A stretch of DNA of 46,841 nucleotides from Bacteroidales bacterium (GCA_017882345.1 JADGPT010000001.1:1-46841); one strand, 5' to 3'. Positions 26,671-36,901 are shown, counted from the stretch's first letter. Program-made: numbers and translations. Notes: generated by a model not told the origin, from the letters alone.

Positions 26671-28824
26671 TCAGACCTTCTTCAATGCTTCCAATACTCG
26701 TGCCGGCGTCATAGGCAATCTGAATAACCTGGCTCCTGTTGCATCGAAAATTGCATTGGCTATTACAGCGCCAATAGCAATAATAGCAGGTTCTCCTCCT
26801 CCCTGTGGGGGTTTATCTTTTCTTTCGAGGATAACTGTATCGATTTTAGGCAGCCATGAGAAATGAGGGATAGTATATGAATCGAAACCACGGTTTTGTA
26901 TATTTCCTCCCTCAAATAAAACCTCTTCAGTGAGGGAATAACCGAGACCCATCATTATACAACCCTCCATCTGGATAATTGCGCCTTCAGGATTAACACA
27001 CAGACCCATATCCTGAGCACAGGCAATTCTGATTACCTGAACTTTCCCGGTATTTTTATCAACTTTCACCTCAGCCATATGTGCTACCCATGATCCGGCA
27101 TCAGTGCCAAGTGCAATGCCAATACCTCTCCCACCTGTAGATTTGCCCGGCTTGTAACCGAACTTATCGGCAACTGCTTTCAGGCAGGCAATCAGCTTCT
27201 CATCCTTCAGGTTTTTCAAACGGAATTCAAGTGGATCAATCCCGGCAGCCCTTGCCATAATGTCGATCTGTACCTCCCTGGCAAAAGTATTTGTATTGTT
27301 ATTTGGAGCGCGCCATGCTCCTGTACCAAATGGATGAATGGGTGCACCACCACTTTTCTGACCATAATGTGTGGTCTTGGAATTCGGAACATCATATAAG
27401 GTATCAGAGCCTCTGGTACCGGAATAATACAAATTATAATCCCAAAACTTAATGAGACCTGACTTATCTATCCCTGATTTTATTTTAACAACTCCGGCAG
27501 GATGGAATGTATCGAGGAAAAATTCTTCGTTACGGGTCCAAACCAACATAACCGGCTTTCCGGTAAGTTTTGCAAGTTTCGCTGCTTCAATTCCCTGCTG
27601 GGATTCCCCTTTGCCTCCGAATCCACCACCAACAAAAGGTGCAATAACCCTTACCTTTTCGACCGGGAAACCGAGTTCGCGTACTATACCGTCCCTCAGA
27701 CCGAATGGCGATTGGGTAGAAGCCCACACTGTCATTTTATCACCTTCGAGCCGGGCAAGGGCAGTATGTGTTTCTATAGCAGTATGTGCCAGATAAGGAT
27801 CATGAAACTCAGAATCAAAAACTTTATCGGAAACCTGACGTCCGGCTTCAATGTCTCCGTTCGACCTGACTATATTCACACTTGAATCAGCTTTCAGCAT
27901 CCACTCAAAGATTGTCTTATCATTAACAGGCATCTCATCGAATGAATATTCAGCCTTTATTTTAACTATGGCCTCATCAGCTCTGTCGTGATTTTCATTA
28001 ATGACAGCAATCAGGTCGCCATCCCTTACAACTTTGGTACCTGCAATCTTCTCTGCTGCAGAATAATCAACAGACTTCAACTTTGCTCCATGGGAAGGGG
28101 GACGCAATATTCGTGCAAAAACCATTCCCGGAAGTTTCATGTCACCGGTATATTTTGCCTCACCTGTTACTTTAGGGATAGCATCACTATGATTATATGA
28201 TTTGCCTACATAATTAAATTTTGTGTAATCTTCTACCGGAGGTTTAACATCAAGGAATTTTTCAATTTTTTTACCTTTTGTCAACTGTGCATAGCTTACC
28301 GAATTCTTTGGATTTTTAGTATCAGTGATCATTCCGTCCTTTACATCCAGTTGTGAAACGGGTACCCCCAGTTGTGCTGATGCAATACCCAATAGTACAC
28401 CTCTCGCCTCTGCAGCAGCAGCTCTCATGTAAGGTCCAAAAACTCTTGTACTCAAGGATCCCCAGGTACCCTGATCGTAGGGACAGAGATCAGTATCACC
28501 CATTACCATTTTTACCTTTTCAAGTGGTACATTAAGTTCATCAGCCATCATCTGAGGCAGGGAAGTAATAATTCCCTGACCCATTTCAATCTTTCCGGTG
28601 AAACAAGTGACGGTTCCATCTTCGGCTATCCTGAGAAAAGCATTATAATCTTTTGGCAGACTTTTGGATTGCCCGGCCTGTTGTCCCGTAAGATCAAGAG
28701 CATTCCATGGCCTGAAAAAAATAAAAATCCCTCCTCCAAGTATTTTGAAAAAGTCTCTTCTCTCCATTCCATGGTTTTTATCAGTCCTCAATTCAGCCTG
28801 GTTGTTTGTTGTCTCTTTTTTCAT
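26671..28824 (-). CDS. xanthine-dehydrogenase-family molybdopterin-binding large subunit (IorB-like) with a Tat signal
   Basis: 717-aa ORF with twin-arginine signal MERRDFFKILGGG. The IorB-type start FLRIAEDGTVTCFTGKIEMGQGIITSLPQMMADEL and ...GGGFGGK... are also present. Confidence 0.85.
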   Translation of the reverse strand: MKKETTNNQAELRTDKNHGMERRDFFKILGGGIFIFFRPWNALDLTGQQAGQSKSLPKDYNAFLRIAEDGTVTCFTGKIEMGQGIITSLPQMMADELNVPLEKVKMVMGDTDLCPYDQGTWGSLSTRVFGPYMRAAAAEARGVLLGIASAQLGVPVSQLDVKDGMITDTKNPKNSVSYAQLTKGKKIEKFLDVKPPVEDYTKFNYVGKSYNHSDAIPKVTGEAKYTGDMKLPGMVFARILRPPSHGAKLKSVDYSAAEKIAGTKVVRDGDLIAVINENHDRADEAIVKIKAEYSFDEMPVNDKTIFEWMLKADSSVNIVRSNGDIEAGRQVSDKVFDSEFHDPYLAHTAIETHTALARLEGDKMTVWASTQSPFGLRDGIVRELGFPVEKVRVIAPFVGGGFGGKGESQQGIEAAKLAKLTGKPVMLVWTRNEEFFLDTFHPAGVVKIKSGIDKSGLIKFWDYNLYYSGTRGSDTLYDVPNSKTTHYGQKSGGAPIHPFGTGAWRAPNNNTNTFAREVQIDIMARAAGIDPLEFRLKNLKDEKLIACLKAVADKFGYKPGKSTGGRGIGIALGTDAGSWVAHMAEVKVDKNTGKVQVIRIACAQDMGLCVNPEGAIIQMEGCIMMGLGYSLTEEVLFEGGNIQNRGFDSYTIPHFSWLPKIDTVILERKDKPPQGGGEPAIIAIGAVIANAIFDATGARLFRLPMTPARVLEALKKV

Positions 28825-28826
28825 GA

Positions 28827-29303
28827 TTACTTCCCTCCTTTCATTTCTTTAGAAGCAGTTTGAACAGCCTCAACGATACGTAAATGTGCTGCGCACCGAC
28901 AGAGGTTGTTTTCCATACCATCCTTTATTTCCTGAGTTGTCGGTAAAGGATTTTTTAATAATAGACCAGTGGCATTCATAATCATCCCTGGTGTACAGAA
29001 TCCGCATTGCACAGCATCATGCTCGGCAAATGCTTTTTGAACAGGGTGCAGTTTCCCATTTGTTGCAAGACCTTCGATAGTAACCACATTCTTGCCGGCC
29101 ACATCACCCACCGACAACTGGCAAGACCTTACAGGTTCATTATCAATAAGAACAGTACAGGCTCCACATAATCCCATTCCGCAACCAAATTTTGTTCCAG
29201 TCAGTCCAAAATGATTCCTTAAGACCCACAAAAGAGTCTGGGTAGGATCAATCGTAGCTTCGGTTTTCTTCCCGTTTAACTGAAATTTAATTGTCTCTTC
29301 CAT
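28827..29303 (-). CDS. (2Fe-2S)-binding small subunit of a xanthine-dehydrogenase-family enzyme
   Basis: 158-aa ORF with both cluster motifs: CGMGLCGACTV and QCGFCTPG...CRC. No signal peptide. Confidence 0.9.
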   Translation of the reverse strand: MEETIKFQLNGKKTEATIDPTQTLLWVLRNHFGLTGTKFGCGMGLCGACTVLIDNEPVRSCQLSVGDVAGKNVVTIEGLATNGKLHPVQKAFAEHDAVQCGFCTPGMIMNATGLLLKNPLPTTQEIKDGMENNLCRCAAHLRIVEAVQTASKEMKGGK

Positions 29304-29305
29304 AA

Positions 29306-29920
29306 TTATTGAATTAGATTAATTCCTTTCTTGTATTCCTCATAAGTATCAAAATCCCTCAGGATTCCTTCTTCATCTGTATCAACCTCCAGAACATCAT
29401 CCGAAAACTTATCTGCCAATGAACGTAATCCTTTAACCGGACTGAGTTTTTCAATTTCGTCTTTGTATTTTCTGGCAATAAGAATGGGATGCCCTCTTCT
29501 ATTCTTAAAAACAGGAATTGCAATCCCTTTTTCTGATGATAAATATGCATCAATTACAGCATTAATTGCATTCGGATTTATCAACGGCTGATCACCCTGA
29601 AAAACCAGAACTGCATTATAACCGGAAGGCAGATTTCTGAATCCGCACTTTACTGACGACAACATTCCTTCCTTATAATTATCATTATAACAATATCTTA
29701 CATTATATTTCTCTATCAACTTAACTATTTTGTCTCTTTCTGACCCCAGAACAACCATTGTATTTTCAATCTTTGATTCAGTAACATTGGAAATAACATT
29801 TTCAATCATTGTCCTTTCATTAAATGTGAGTAACATTTTAGGAAAACCCATTCTTCTGGACTCACCAGCTGCAAGTATGATAGCCCATAATTCACCCGCA
29901 ACCCTACTTTCCCCTTCCAT
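29306..29920 (-). CDS. MobA/MocA-like nucleotidyltransferase (probable molybdenum cofactor cytidylyltransferase)
   Basis: 204-aa ORF with N-terminal AIILAAGESRRMGFPKMLL. Sits between xdhC-like and Fe-S subunit genes. Confidence 0.7.
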   Translation of the reverse strand: MEGESRVAGELWAIILAAGESRRMGFPKMLLTFNERTMIENVISNVTESKIENTMVVLGSERDKIVKLIEKYNVRYCYNDNYKEGMLSSVKCGFRNLPSGYNAVLVFQGDQPLINPNAINAVIDAYLSSEKGIAIPVFKNRRGHPILIARKYKDEIEKLSPVKGLRSLADKFSDDVLEVDTDEEGILRDFDTYEEYKKGINLIQ

Positions 29921-29941
29921 CTATTATCTACTACTTACTTC

Positions 29942-31006
29942 TTACTTCTTACTATTCCTCACTAAAACAAGCTCTGCGGCAATGCTTATGGCAATCTCTT
30001 CAACTGTTCTGGATTTAATATCAATTCCCAAAGGAGAATGAATGATATCCCACTGTTTAGCAGTAGCCCATTTGTTTTCCATAAAACTAACCCGCATTGA
30101 TGCAATCTTGCTTTTACTTCCGATCATGCCTGTATAAGCCAAATCGTATCCAATACAAGGTTTAAGAGCGGCTGCATCATCTTTATGACCACGTGTCACA
30201 ATTACAACATAAGTATCCCTGGTCTTCTTCAAGCCCTTCATTGATTCACCAATATCATTAACCAGAATATGGTCAGCCTCAGGGATATTCTCAGAATTAG
30301 CATATTCAGGACGGTCATCAATCACAGTAACATCAAAATCAAGCATATCTGCAAGATGCGCCAACACTTTACCAATATGACCCGCACCAGCTATTATAAG
30401 GTGTGCAGGAGGGAATACAGGTTCAAGAAAAAAGAGTGAGGTAGCCTCCGCATCAGATAGGGTAAGCTCCAATTCTCTGTAATCTGATGGATCACCTTTA
30501 GAGAGCATATTATGTATGACAGGCTCAATTTTTTCAAGAAACTCCGCTGACATGTCTGGTTTAAAGGTATTGCTTATCCAGTAACGGTTTATAAGTACTT
30601 TTTCTTCGGCGAGACCGGTAACCATTGTTATAAGAACTCCCGGAACATGGTCTTCAATAGATTTTCCAAGCTGTTCAAACACGGATAAATGATTATTCAG
30701 GTTGGCATCAATCAGTATAGTGATCTGTCCACCACAGATAGCTTCCTCTTTTTTTGAGATGTCATTAGCCAGGTTAAACTGAAAATGTCCTGATGATTTT
30801 GAGTTAATAGCTTCAAGGGCCAGTCTCTGAACTCTCCCTTCCACAATTCCACCTCCAACGGTTCCGGCAATAAGTCCATTATAATCAAACAATGCAGAAC
30901 TACCTGGTTTCTGCGGTGTTGAACCATGTGTCCGGGTAACAGTACAGAGAACCAGACAGGAGCTATCTGATTTATGATCATGAAGTTGTAGATAAATGTT
31001 CTTCAT
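29942..31006 (-). CDS. XdhC-family molybdoenzyme maturation protein
   Basis: 354-aa ORF with XdhC_CoxI-type N-terminus VLCTVTRTHGSTPQKPGS and Rossmann-like C-domain LIIAGAGHIGKVLA. Confidence 0.8.
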   Translation of the reverse strand: MKNIYLQLHDHKSDSSCLVLCTVTRTHGSTPQKPGSSALFDYNGLIAGTVGGGIVEGRVQRLALEAINSKSSGHFQFNLANDISKKEEAICGGQITILIDANLNNHLSVFEQLGKSIEDHVPGVLITMVTGLAEEKVLINRYWISNTFKPDMSAEFLEKIEPVIHNMLSKGDPSDYRELELTLSDAEATSLFFLEPVFPPAHLIIAGAGHIGKVLAHLADMLDFDVTVIDDRPEYANSENIPEADHILVNDIGESMKGLKKTRDTYVVIVTRGHKDDAAALKPCIGYDLAYTGMIGSKSKIASMRVSFMENKWATAKQWDIIHSPLGIDIKSRTVEEIAISIAAELVLVRNSKK

Positions 31007-31202
31007 ATTCCCGATTCCCCTTTAATTCATAGACATTTTATTTGTAAAGATGCCTAATTTGAAAGTCTATACAATTCTATAACAACAAATTTATTCAAAT
31101 TGACTTAATATTCATAATTTTATGAAATATACAATTTGTTATGTAGAACAGAGACGACCAAATTGGGAGTCTCTTCATAAATTACCAAAAATCAATAATA
31201 TC

Positions 31203-32798
31203 ATGAAACCAAATTTTTCCAAATTCTTATTATTGTTCATCTCGCTAATACTGTGCATGATCACCTGTAAAACCCCTGTCAGTAATAATGTTAAGAAGGT
31301 AACCGATACTAGCTGGATTGAAGAATTAACAATATTACAACTTCAACTGGGATACAAGGAGGGGAAATATACAGTGAAGGATGTAGTTAAAATTTATTTG
31401 GACCGTATTAACGAAATCGATAAAAATGGTCCCCGGCTCAATTCAATAATTGTGATCAATCCCGAAGCTCTTGAGATTGCTGATGAGATGGATAAAGAGA
31501 TTGCTGCAGGAAAATCAGGTGGACCATTGTTCGGTGTCCCGGTAATTCTTAAAGATAATATTGATACACACGACAAGATGCCTACGACAGCCGGTGCAAC
31601 AGCATTAAGAAATTCTTTTCCAACTTCTGACAGTTATGTTGCAAGAAAGTTGAGAGAAGCCGGTGCAATCATAATTGCAAAATCGAATCTCAGTGAGTGG
31701 GCAAATTTCCGGGCTAAGATGTCGTCAAGCGGATGGAGTGGTATTGGAGGCCAAACCAGGAATCCGTATGTACTCGATCGGAACCCATGTGGGTCAAGTT
31801 CAGGTTCAGGAGTCGCAGTATCTGCCAATCTCTGTATGTTTGCCATTGGGACTGAAACAAACGGATCAATAGTATGTCCGGCAAATAACAATGGAATTGT
31901 CGGCATTAAGCCCACAGTTGGCCTCATCAGTCGCACAGGCATAGTTCCGATCTCATTCACACAAGATACTCCCGGTCCTATGGGACGAACGGTAGAAGAT
32001 GTTGCAATTGCACTCGGGGCTTTAACTGGTATTGATTCGTCTGATTCCAAAACACTTGCTTCACAAGGTAAATATTATACCGATTACACAAAATTTCTGA
32101 AGAAAGACGGGCTGAAAGGAAAAAGGATTGGTCTGTTAAAAAAATCAATGGGCTTTTCTGATAAAGTTGATACTCTGATGAATAAAGCAGTGGCATACCT
32201 TAAAGCAAATGGTGTTGAAGTAATTGAAATAGAGTTCCCAAAAGCGGCTAATTATGAAGATGCGTCATTAACGGTAATGTTATACGAGTTTAAGGATGGA
32301 CTTAATAAATATTTTGCAGGGCTTGGGAGTGATACTCATATAAAAAATGTCAAAGAGTTAATAGAGTTCAATAAATCAGATAGTATTGAGCTGAGATATT
32401 TCGATCAGAACCTTCTTGAGCAGGCGGAACAGAAAGGAGACCTTAATTCTGAGGAATACAAGAAAGCTCTGGCCACTATGACAAGAGCAACCCGGGAAGA
32501 TGGAATAGACAAAGTAATGAATGCTTATAAGCTCAATGCAATTATAGCACCAACCGGCTCACCTGCCTGGAAAACTGATCTGCTTTTGGGTGATCATTTT
32601 GCAGGTGGAAGTTCATCATTAGCAGCGATATCAGGATATCCTGCAATCACAGTTCCAATGGGATTTATTAATGAATTACCGGTTGGAATCACATTCTTTG
32701 GCAAGGCGTGGAATGAATCAATACTTCTTGAAATAGCATACAGCTATGAGCAGGGGACAAAACACAGGAAAGTGCCAAAATATAATATTTCAGACTGA
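31203..32798 (+). CDS. amidase-signature family amidase, probable lipoprotein
   Basis: Start moved to ATG 31203 (MKPNFSKFLLLFISLILCMITC, lipobox-like). AS-family motifs GVPVILKDNIDT and CGSSSGSGVAV. Confidence 0.85.
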   Translation: MKPNFSKFLLLFISLILCMITCKTPVSNNVKKVTDTSWIEELTILQLQLGYKEGKYTVKDVVKIYLDRINEIDKNGPRLNSIIVINPEALEIADEMDKEIAAGKSGGPLFGVPVILKDNIDTHDKMPTTAGATALRNSFPTSDSYVARKLREAGAIIIAKSNLSEWANFRAKMSSSGWSGIGGQTRNPYVLDRNPCGSSSGSGVAVSANLCMFAIGTETNGSIVCPANNNGIVGIKPTVGLISRTGIVPISFTQDTPGPMGRTVEDVAIALGALTGIDSSDSKTLASQGKYYTDYTKFLKKDGLKGKRIGLLKKSMGFSDKVDTLMNKAVAYLKANGVEVIEIEFPKAANYEDASLTVMLYEFKDGLNKYFAGLGSDTHIKNVKELIEFNKSDSIELRYFDQNLLEQAEQKGDLNSEEYKKALATMTRATREDGIDKVMNAYKLNAIIAPTGSPAWKTDLLLGDHFAGGSSSLAAISGYPAITVPMGFINELPVGITFFGKAWNESILLEIAYSYEQGTKHRKVPKYNISD

Positions 32799-32853
32799 TT
32801 TAAAATACATTATGAAATAAAGGTTGTCTCACAATGATTTAAAAAGTCAGCCT

Positions 32854-33042
32854 TTATTTTTTTTCTTCGTCTTTGTGTTCTGCAGTCGTTTTGTCGCCTT
32901 CATCTTCCAAACGGGAAGCTTTTTTGAATTCTTTCATACCCTGGCCAATACCCTTCATCAGTTCAGGAATCTTCCTGCCTCCAAAAAGAAGTACTACAAC
33001 AAGTAAAATCAACAAAATCTCAGTAGCTCCTAAATTTCCCAT
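32854..33042 (-). CDS. tatA: twin-arginine translocase TatA/TatE family subunit
   Basis: 62-aa [45 protein letters not shown]. It has a TM helix, the FG hinge, an amphipathic helix and an acidic tail. Confidence 0.9.
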   Translation of the reverse strand: MGNLGATEILLILLVVVLLFGGRKIPELMKGIGQGMKEFKKASRLEDEGDKTTAEHKDEEKK

Positions 33043-33227
33043 CTTTTCTAATTTTTTAATTAACGGCCAAAGTTATTAATAGAATTAATTAATACCAAAT
33101 GAAAAGAATAAATCAACATATAATTATTTATTGAGATGATGTTGTCCCTGGTAAAATTGGGTAGTAGTTTTTCTCCAATAACATATTCAAACTTTTTTTT
33201 ACCTTGTGGCAAATTTTAAAAACCTCA

Positions 33228-35399
33228 ATGTTCAGACTCTCCCTATTACTCAGTACCGCTATACTCCTGTGTTTTAATACAATACTTTTGGGTCAGTCAA
33301 AAGGAATAAACCGCGAGAAATATCGGATTAATATTACAGAATCGAATAACGCCATCAATGTCGATGGAATTCTGGATGAACCAGTATGGTCTTCAGCTGA
33401 TATAGCCACTCATTTCCAGAGAGTATTGCCTACTGACACGGGATTTGCCATTTCACAGACGGAGGTGAAAGTCACTTATAACGAATCGACCCTTTTCGTG
33501 GGTATAATCTGTTACGATTCATCACCAGGCAAGCGTCCGGTTGAATCATTGCGGCGCGACTTTAACTTTTTGAAGAATGATAACTTTGTTGTATTCATTG
33601 ATACTTATAATGATCAGACAAATGGGTTTGCTTTCGGTGTTTCTGCTGCAGGGGCACAGTGGGACGGAGTCCAGGCAAATGGGGGAACTGTAAATCTTGA
33701 CTGGGATATTAAATGGAGATCAGCTGTAAAAAATTACAGCGACAGATGGGTTGCAGAATTTGCAATTCCATTCCGAAGCATACGATATAATGGTGGAGAT
33801 AAAGAATGGGGAATAAATTTCAGCAGGCTGGATCTTAAAACCAATGAAAAATCAAGCTGGGCCCCTATGCCAAGACAGTTTGCAACAGCGACTCTCGCTT
33901 TCACAGGTTCACTTATATGGGACAAACCGTTGTCTTCATCAGGTCTTAGATTTTCTTTAATTCCTTATGTATCCGTCAAAACCACTCAAAACAAGGAGGC
34001 TGGAGAAGGGTTCAAACCGCAGGGTAATGCAGGTATTGATGCTAAGGTTATTCTATCTACTTCAATGAACCTTGATCTGACGGTCAATCCGGATTATTCA
34101 CAGGTGGAAGTCGACCAACAAGTCACAAACCTTGATCGTTTTGAACTTTTCTTCCCTGAGAAGAGACAGTTTTATCTTGAAAACAGCGATCTCTTTGCAA
34201 AACTGGGGAATGATAACCTCAGGCCGTTCTTCTCGCGCCGCATCGGACTGGAGAGTCCGGTTCTGGCTGGAGCACGTCTAAGCGGTAAGATTGGAAATAA
34301 TTGGAGGGTCGGACTAATGAACATTCAAACAGGTGACAGAGATACTATTAAGGCCGGTAATTTTACTGTTGCTGCTTTACAGCGACAGGTATTCAGCCAT
34401 TCTAACATAACAGCATTTTTTGTCAACAAGCAGTTGATGAATGTGAATAATGACACATCTTTCAAAGGCAACCGGTTCAACCGTGTTGCCGGGATTGAAT
34501 ACAATCTGGCAAGTGCTAATAACCACTGGTTAGGAAAAGCATTCTATCATCAGGCGCTCTATCCTGGAGCGAAAGGAAATGCATCAGCATTGGCTGTCAA
34601 TATTGCATATTCAACTCAGTATCTTAACGCATATCTGAATCAGGCGTGGGTAGGCGCTGATTATATTGCAGAAGTAGGTTATATAAGAAGAAAAGGGTAC
34701 TACGAAATCAACCCGGGCTTACAGTACAAGTTTTTCCCCTCCTCAAGCAGGATAGCAAATCATGGACCAGCTATTAAGCTTGACATGCTTTATGATCCTT
34801 CAATGAATCTGACTGACAGGGAGACACAGCTTCTATACCAGGTTGAGTGGATGAACAAAAGTATACTTGTAGTTGATACAAAGGAGACAACCATTAAACT
34901 TCTGGATCCGTTTGATCCGACTCACACCGGGGGTGTTCCTCTTCCTGCAAATGAAAAATTCAACTGGAAAGAGATTGGTATATCCTTTACATCTGATATA
35001 CGTAAACCATTCAATTGGCTGATAAGCAGCAGATATGGCGGCTATTTTGATGGCACAAGAACGACCGTAAGTGGAGAGTTGTACTATCGGGTTCAACCTT
35101 ATGGCAGTCTGGCAATTGTCTCCTCTTATAACAATATCTCATTGCCTTCACCATATAAAAGTGCTAAGTTTTTTCTTATTGGACCCAGACTCGATTTTAC
35201 CTTTACAGATAAGATTTTCCTCACAAGTTTTGTACAGTATAATAACCAGATCGACAATATTAATCTGAATCTTAGGTTCCAGTGGCGTTTTGCACCTGTA
35301 TCAGACCTGTTCATTGTTTATACGGAGAACTCCTTCCCTGGAGATTCCAGGATAAAAAACCGGGGACTTGTACTTAAATTATCGTATTGGTTTAATTAA
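33228..35399 (+). CDS. large exported beta-rich protein, CBM9-like N-terminus / DUF5916-like
   Basis: ATG 33228 (MFRLSLLLSTAILL...) is preferred over the TTG 33204 in the track. The N-terminal IDGILDEPVW motif is typical of CBM9-like modules. The long beta-strand-rich body ends in an aromatic residue (...LSYWFN). Family name is from recollection. Confidence 0.6.
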   Translation: MFRLSLLLSTAILLCFNTILLGQSKGINREKYRINITESNNAINVDGILDEPVWSSADIATHFQRVLPTDTGFAISQTEVKVTYNESTLFVGIICYDSSPGKRPVESLRRDFNFLKNDNFVVFIDTYNDQTNGFAFGVSAAGAQWDGVQANGGTVNLDWDIKWRSAVKNYSDRWVAEFAIPFRSIRYNGGDKEWGINFSRLDLKTNEKSSWAPMPRQFATATLAFTGSLIWDKPLSSSGLRFSLIPYVSVKTTQNKEAGEGFKPQGNAGIDAKVILSTSMNLDLTVNPDYSQVEVDQQVTNLDRFELFFPEKRQFYLENSDLFAKLGNDNLRPFFSRRIGLESPVLAGARLSGKIGNNWRVGLMNIQTGDRDTIKAGNFTVAALQRQVFSHSNITAFFVNKQLMNVNNDTSFKGNRFNRVAGIEYNLASANNHWLGKAFYHQALYPGAKGNASALAVNIAYSTQYLNAYLNQAWVGADYIAEVGYIRRKGYYEINPGLQYKFFPSSSRIANHGPAIKLDMLYDPSMNLTDRETQLLYQVEWMNKSILVVDTKETTIKLLDPFDPTHTGGVPLPANEKFNWKEIGISFTSDIRKPFNWLISSRYGGYFDGTRTTVSGELYYRVQPYGSLAIVSSYNNISLPSPYKSAKFFLIGPRLDFTFTDKIFLTSFVQYNNQIDNINLNLRFQWRFAPVSDLFIVYTENSFPGDSRIKNRGLVLKLSYWFN

Positions 35400-35508
35400 A
35401 CTTTATCAGGAACTATAAAAGGTTTCAGGGGAGGCCGGGTAAGATAAGCATTTGCCTCGTCGTCACCGATGAACTTTTCAGTTTTGGGATCAAAATTGAT
35501 ATTAAACA

Positions 35509-36120
35509 CTATTTAATACGAAAATCCAGAAGTGGTTCATCATTCAGATAGGCAACAAGGTTGTCATTTCTTTTAAGTTGGCCTACTCCGGGTGGAGTAC
35601 CGGTAAAAATCAGATCACCTGTTTTGAGAGTAAAAAATTTCGAGACATATTCAACTATCTCATTAAATCCGAATATCATATCTGAAGTATTGCTTTTCTG
35701 TGCCACTTTATTATTGATCTCCAGCCGGAAATCAATGTTTGTCATATCCTTAATACTTGTTACAGGAATAAAACGTCCAAGAGGAGCAGCGCCGTCAAAG
35801 CATTTCGAAATTTCCCAAGGTAAGCCGGTTGCAGCCAGACGACTCTGCAGATCGCGTGCTGTAATGTCAATACCTAAAGTAATTTCATCATAGTAACGGG
35901 AAGCAAATTTTGCGGCGATTCCCTTTCCAAGCTGGCTGATCTTTAAAACAACCTCAACTTCATAATGGATATTAATAGAAAAATCAGGAAGAAAAAAAGG
36001 TTTATTATTTTTCAGGATTGAAGAATCGGGTTTCATAAATACAACAGGTTCATCGGGGACTGCCCATCCCATCTCCATGGCATGTTTCCTGTAATTGAGC
36101 CCGATACAGATGATCTTCAT
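35509..36120 (-). CDS. fumarylacetoacetate hydrolase (FAH) family protein
   Basis: 203-aa ORF with IICIGLNYRKHAMEMG, HYEVEV and FTLKTGDLIFTGTPPGVG, all typical of the FAH fold. Confidence 0.8.
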   Translation of the reverse strand: MKIICIGLNYRKHAMEMGWAVPDEPVVFMKPDSSILKNNKPFFLPDFSINIHYEVEVVLKISQLGKGIAAKFASRYYDEITLGIDITARDLQSRLAATGLPWEISKCFDGAAPLGRFIPVTSIKDMTNIDFRLEINNKVAQKSNTSDMIFGFNEIVEYVSKFFTLKTGDLIFTGTPPGVGQLKRNDNLVAYLNDEPLLDFRIK

Positions 36121-36121
36121 T

Positions 36122-36898
36122 TTATCCCTGGTTTTTTCCGAACGATCTTAATTTTATCTCTGTGAGAATTTTTTTTGTGTATAGAGGAAATTCCCCGTTC
36201 ATCATCCACGAGTAATATGCGGGTTCCTGACTAAAAACAACTTCGACAGGTTTTCCTTTATGCTTTCCAAAATTAAAAACTTCCACCCCATTCTCATCAA
36301 GAATGATTCTTCCCGCGAAATCAACATTATTGTTAAAGGAACTGAAACTGGCAAGCTTCTCAACATCGTTTTCGAGATCTTTATATCTGTCAAGCTGAGA
36401 CTTAAGAATTTCAAATGTGGCAGCTGTATCGGCTTTTGAACTGTGGGCATCTTCCAGTTCTTTTTTGCAGTAGAACAGGTAGGCAGCAGTTAAAGTGCGT
36501 TGTTCCTTTTTATGGAATATTACCTGAACATCAACATACTTTCTTTTTACGAAACTGAAATCGATGTTCACCCTCAGGAATTCTTCCGCGAGAACAGGTA
36601 TATCAAATTTTATAGCATTATAGCCGGCCAGATCACAACCTTCAAGAAATGCAACAAGATTCCTTGCCACTTCTTTGAATGTTGGTGATTTCGCTACATC
36701 TTCATCTTTTATCCCATGGATTGCCGTACTTTTGGGTGGAATAGCCATTTCGGGGTTTACCCTTGTACTCATCCACTCCTCTTTGCCATTAGGACTGATT
36801 TTTAAGACTGAGAGTTCTACAATACGATCAGTTGAAACATTAATTCCTGTTGTTTCAAGATCGATAAAAGCAATCGGACGTTTAAGGTTAAGGTTCAA
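36122..36898 (-). CDS. DEDDh 3'-5' exonuclease (DnaQ/epsilon-like) with a C-terminal extension
   Basis: Exo I FIDLETTG, Exo II GYNAIKFDIPVL and Exo III HSSKADTAAT. The extra C-terminal module reads FGKHKGKPVEVVFSQEPAYYSWMM. Confidence 0.8.
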   Translation of the reverse strand: MNLNLKRPIAFIDLETTGINVSTDRIVELSVLKISPNGKEEWMSTRVNPEMAIPPKSTAIHGIKDEDVAKSPTFKEVARNLVAFLEGCDLAGYNAIKFDIPVLAEEFLRVNIDFSFVKRKYVDVQVIFHKKEQRTLTAAYLFYCKKELEDAHSSKADTAATFEILKSQLDRYKDLENDVEKLASFSSFNNNVDFAGRIILDENGVEVFNFGKHKGKPVEVVFSQEPAYYSWMMNGEFPLYTKKILTEIKLRSFGKNQG

Positions 36899-36901
36899 AG
36901 G

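Noticed and set aside
27452-27885. Two overlapping plus-strand ORFs (114 and 127 aa)
   Set aside because: They are antisense inside the molybdopterin subunit CDS and Pro/Ser-rich, so shadow frames.
31122-31202. N-terminal extensions in the ORF track (also 21350..21424, 20214..20261, 42865..42915, 45933..45953)
   Set aside because: In each case an internal ATG gives a canonical signal peptide or RHH N-terminus. The upstream residues look like translated promoter DNA.
31634-32050. 138-aa ORF on the minus strand
   Set aside because: It is antisense inside the amidase CDS at the amidase-signature region.
32819-32865. Hairpin AAAGGTTG/CAGCCTTT plus T-run as the amidase terminator
   Set aside because: The 21-nt loop is long, there is one G-U pair, and the T-run lies inside the tatA coding end. 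It is plausible but too weak to list as a feature.
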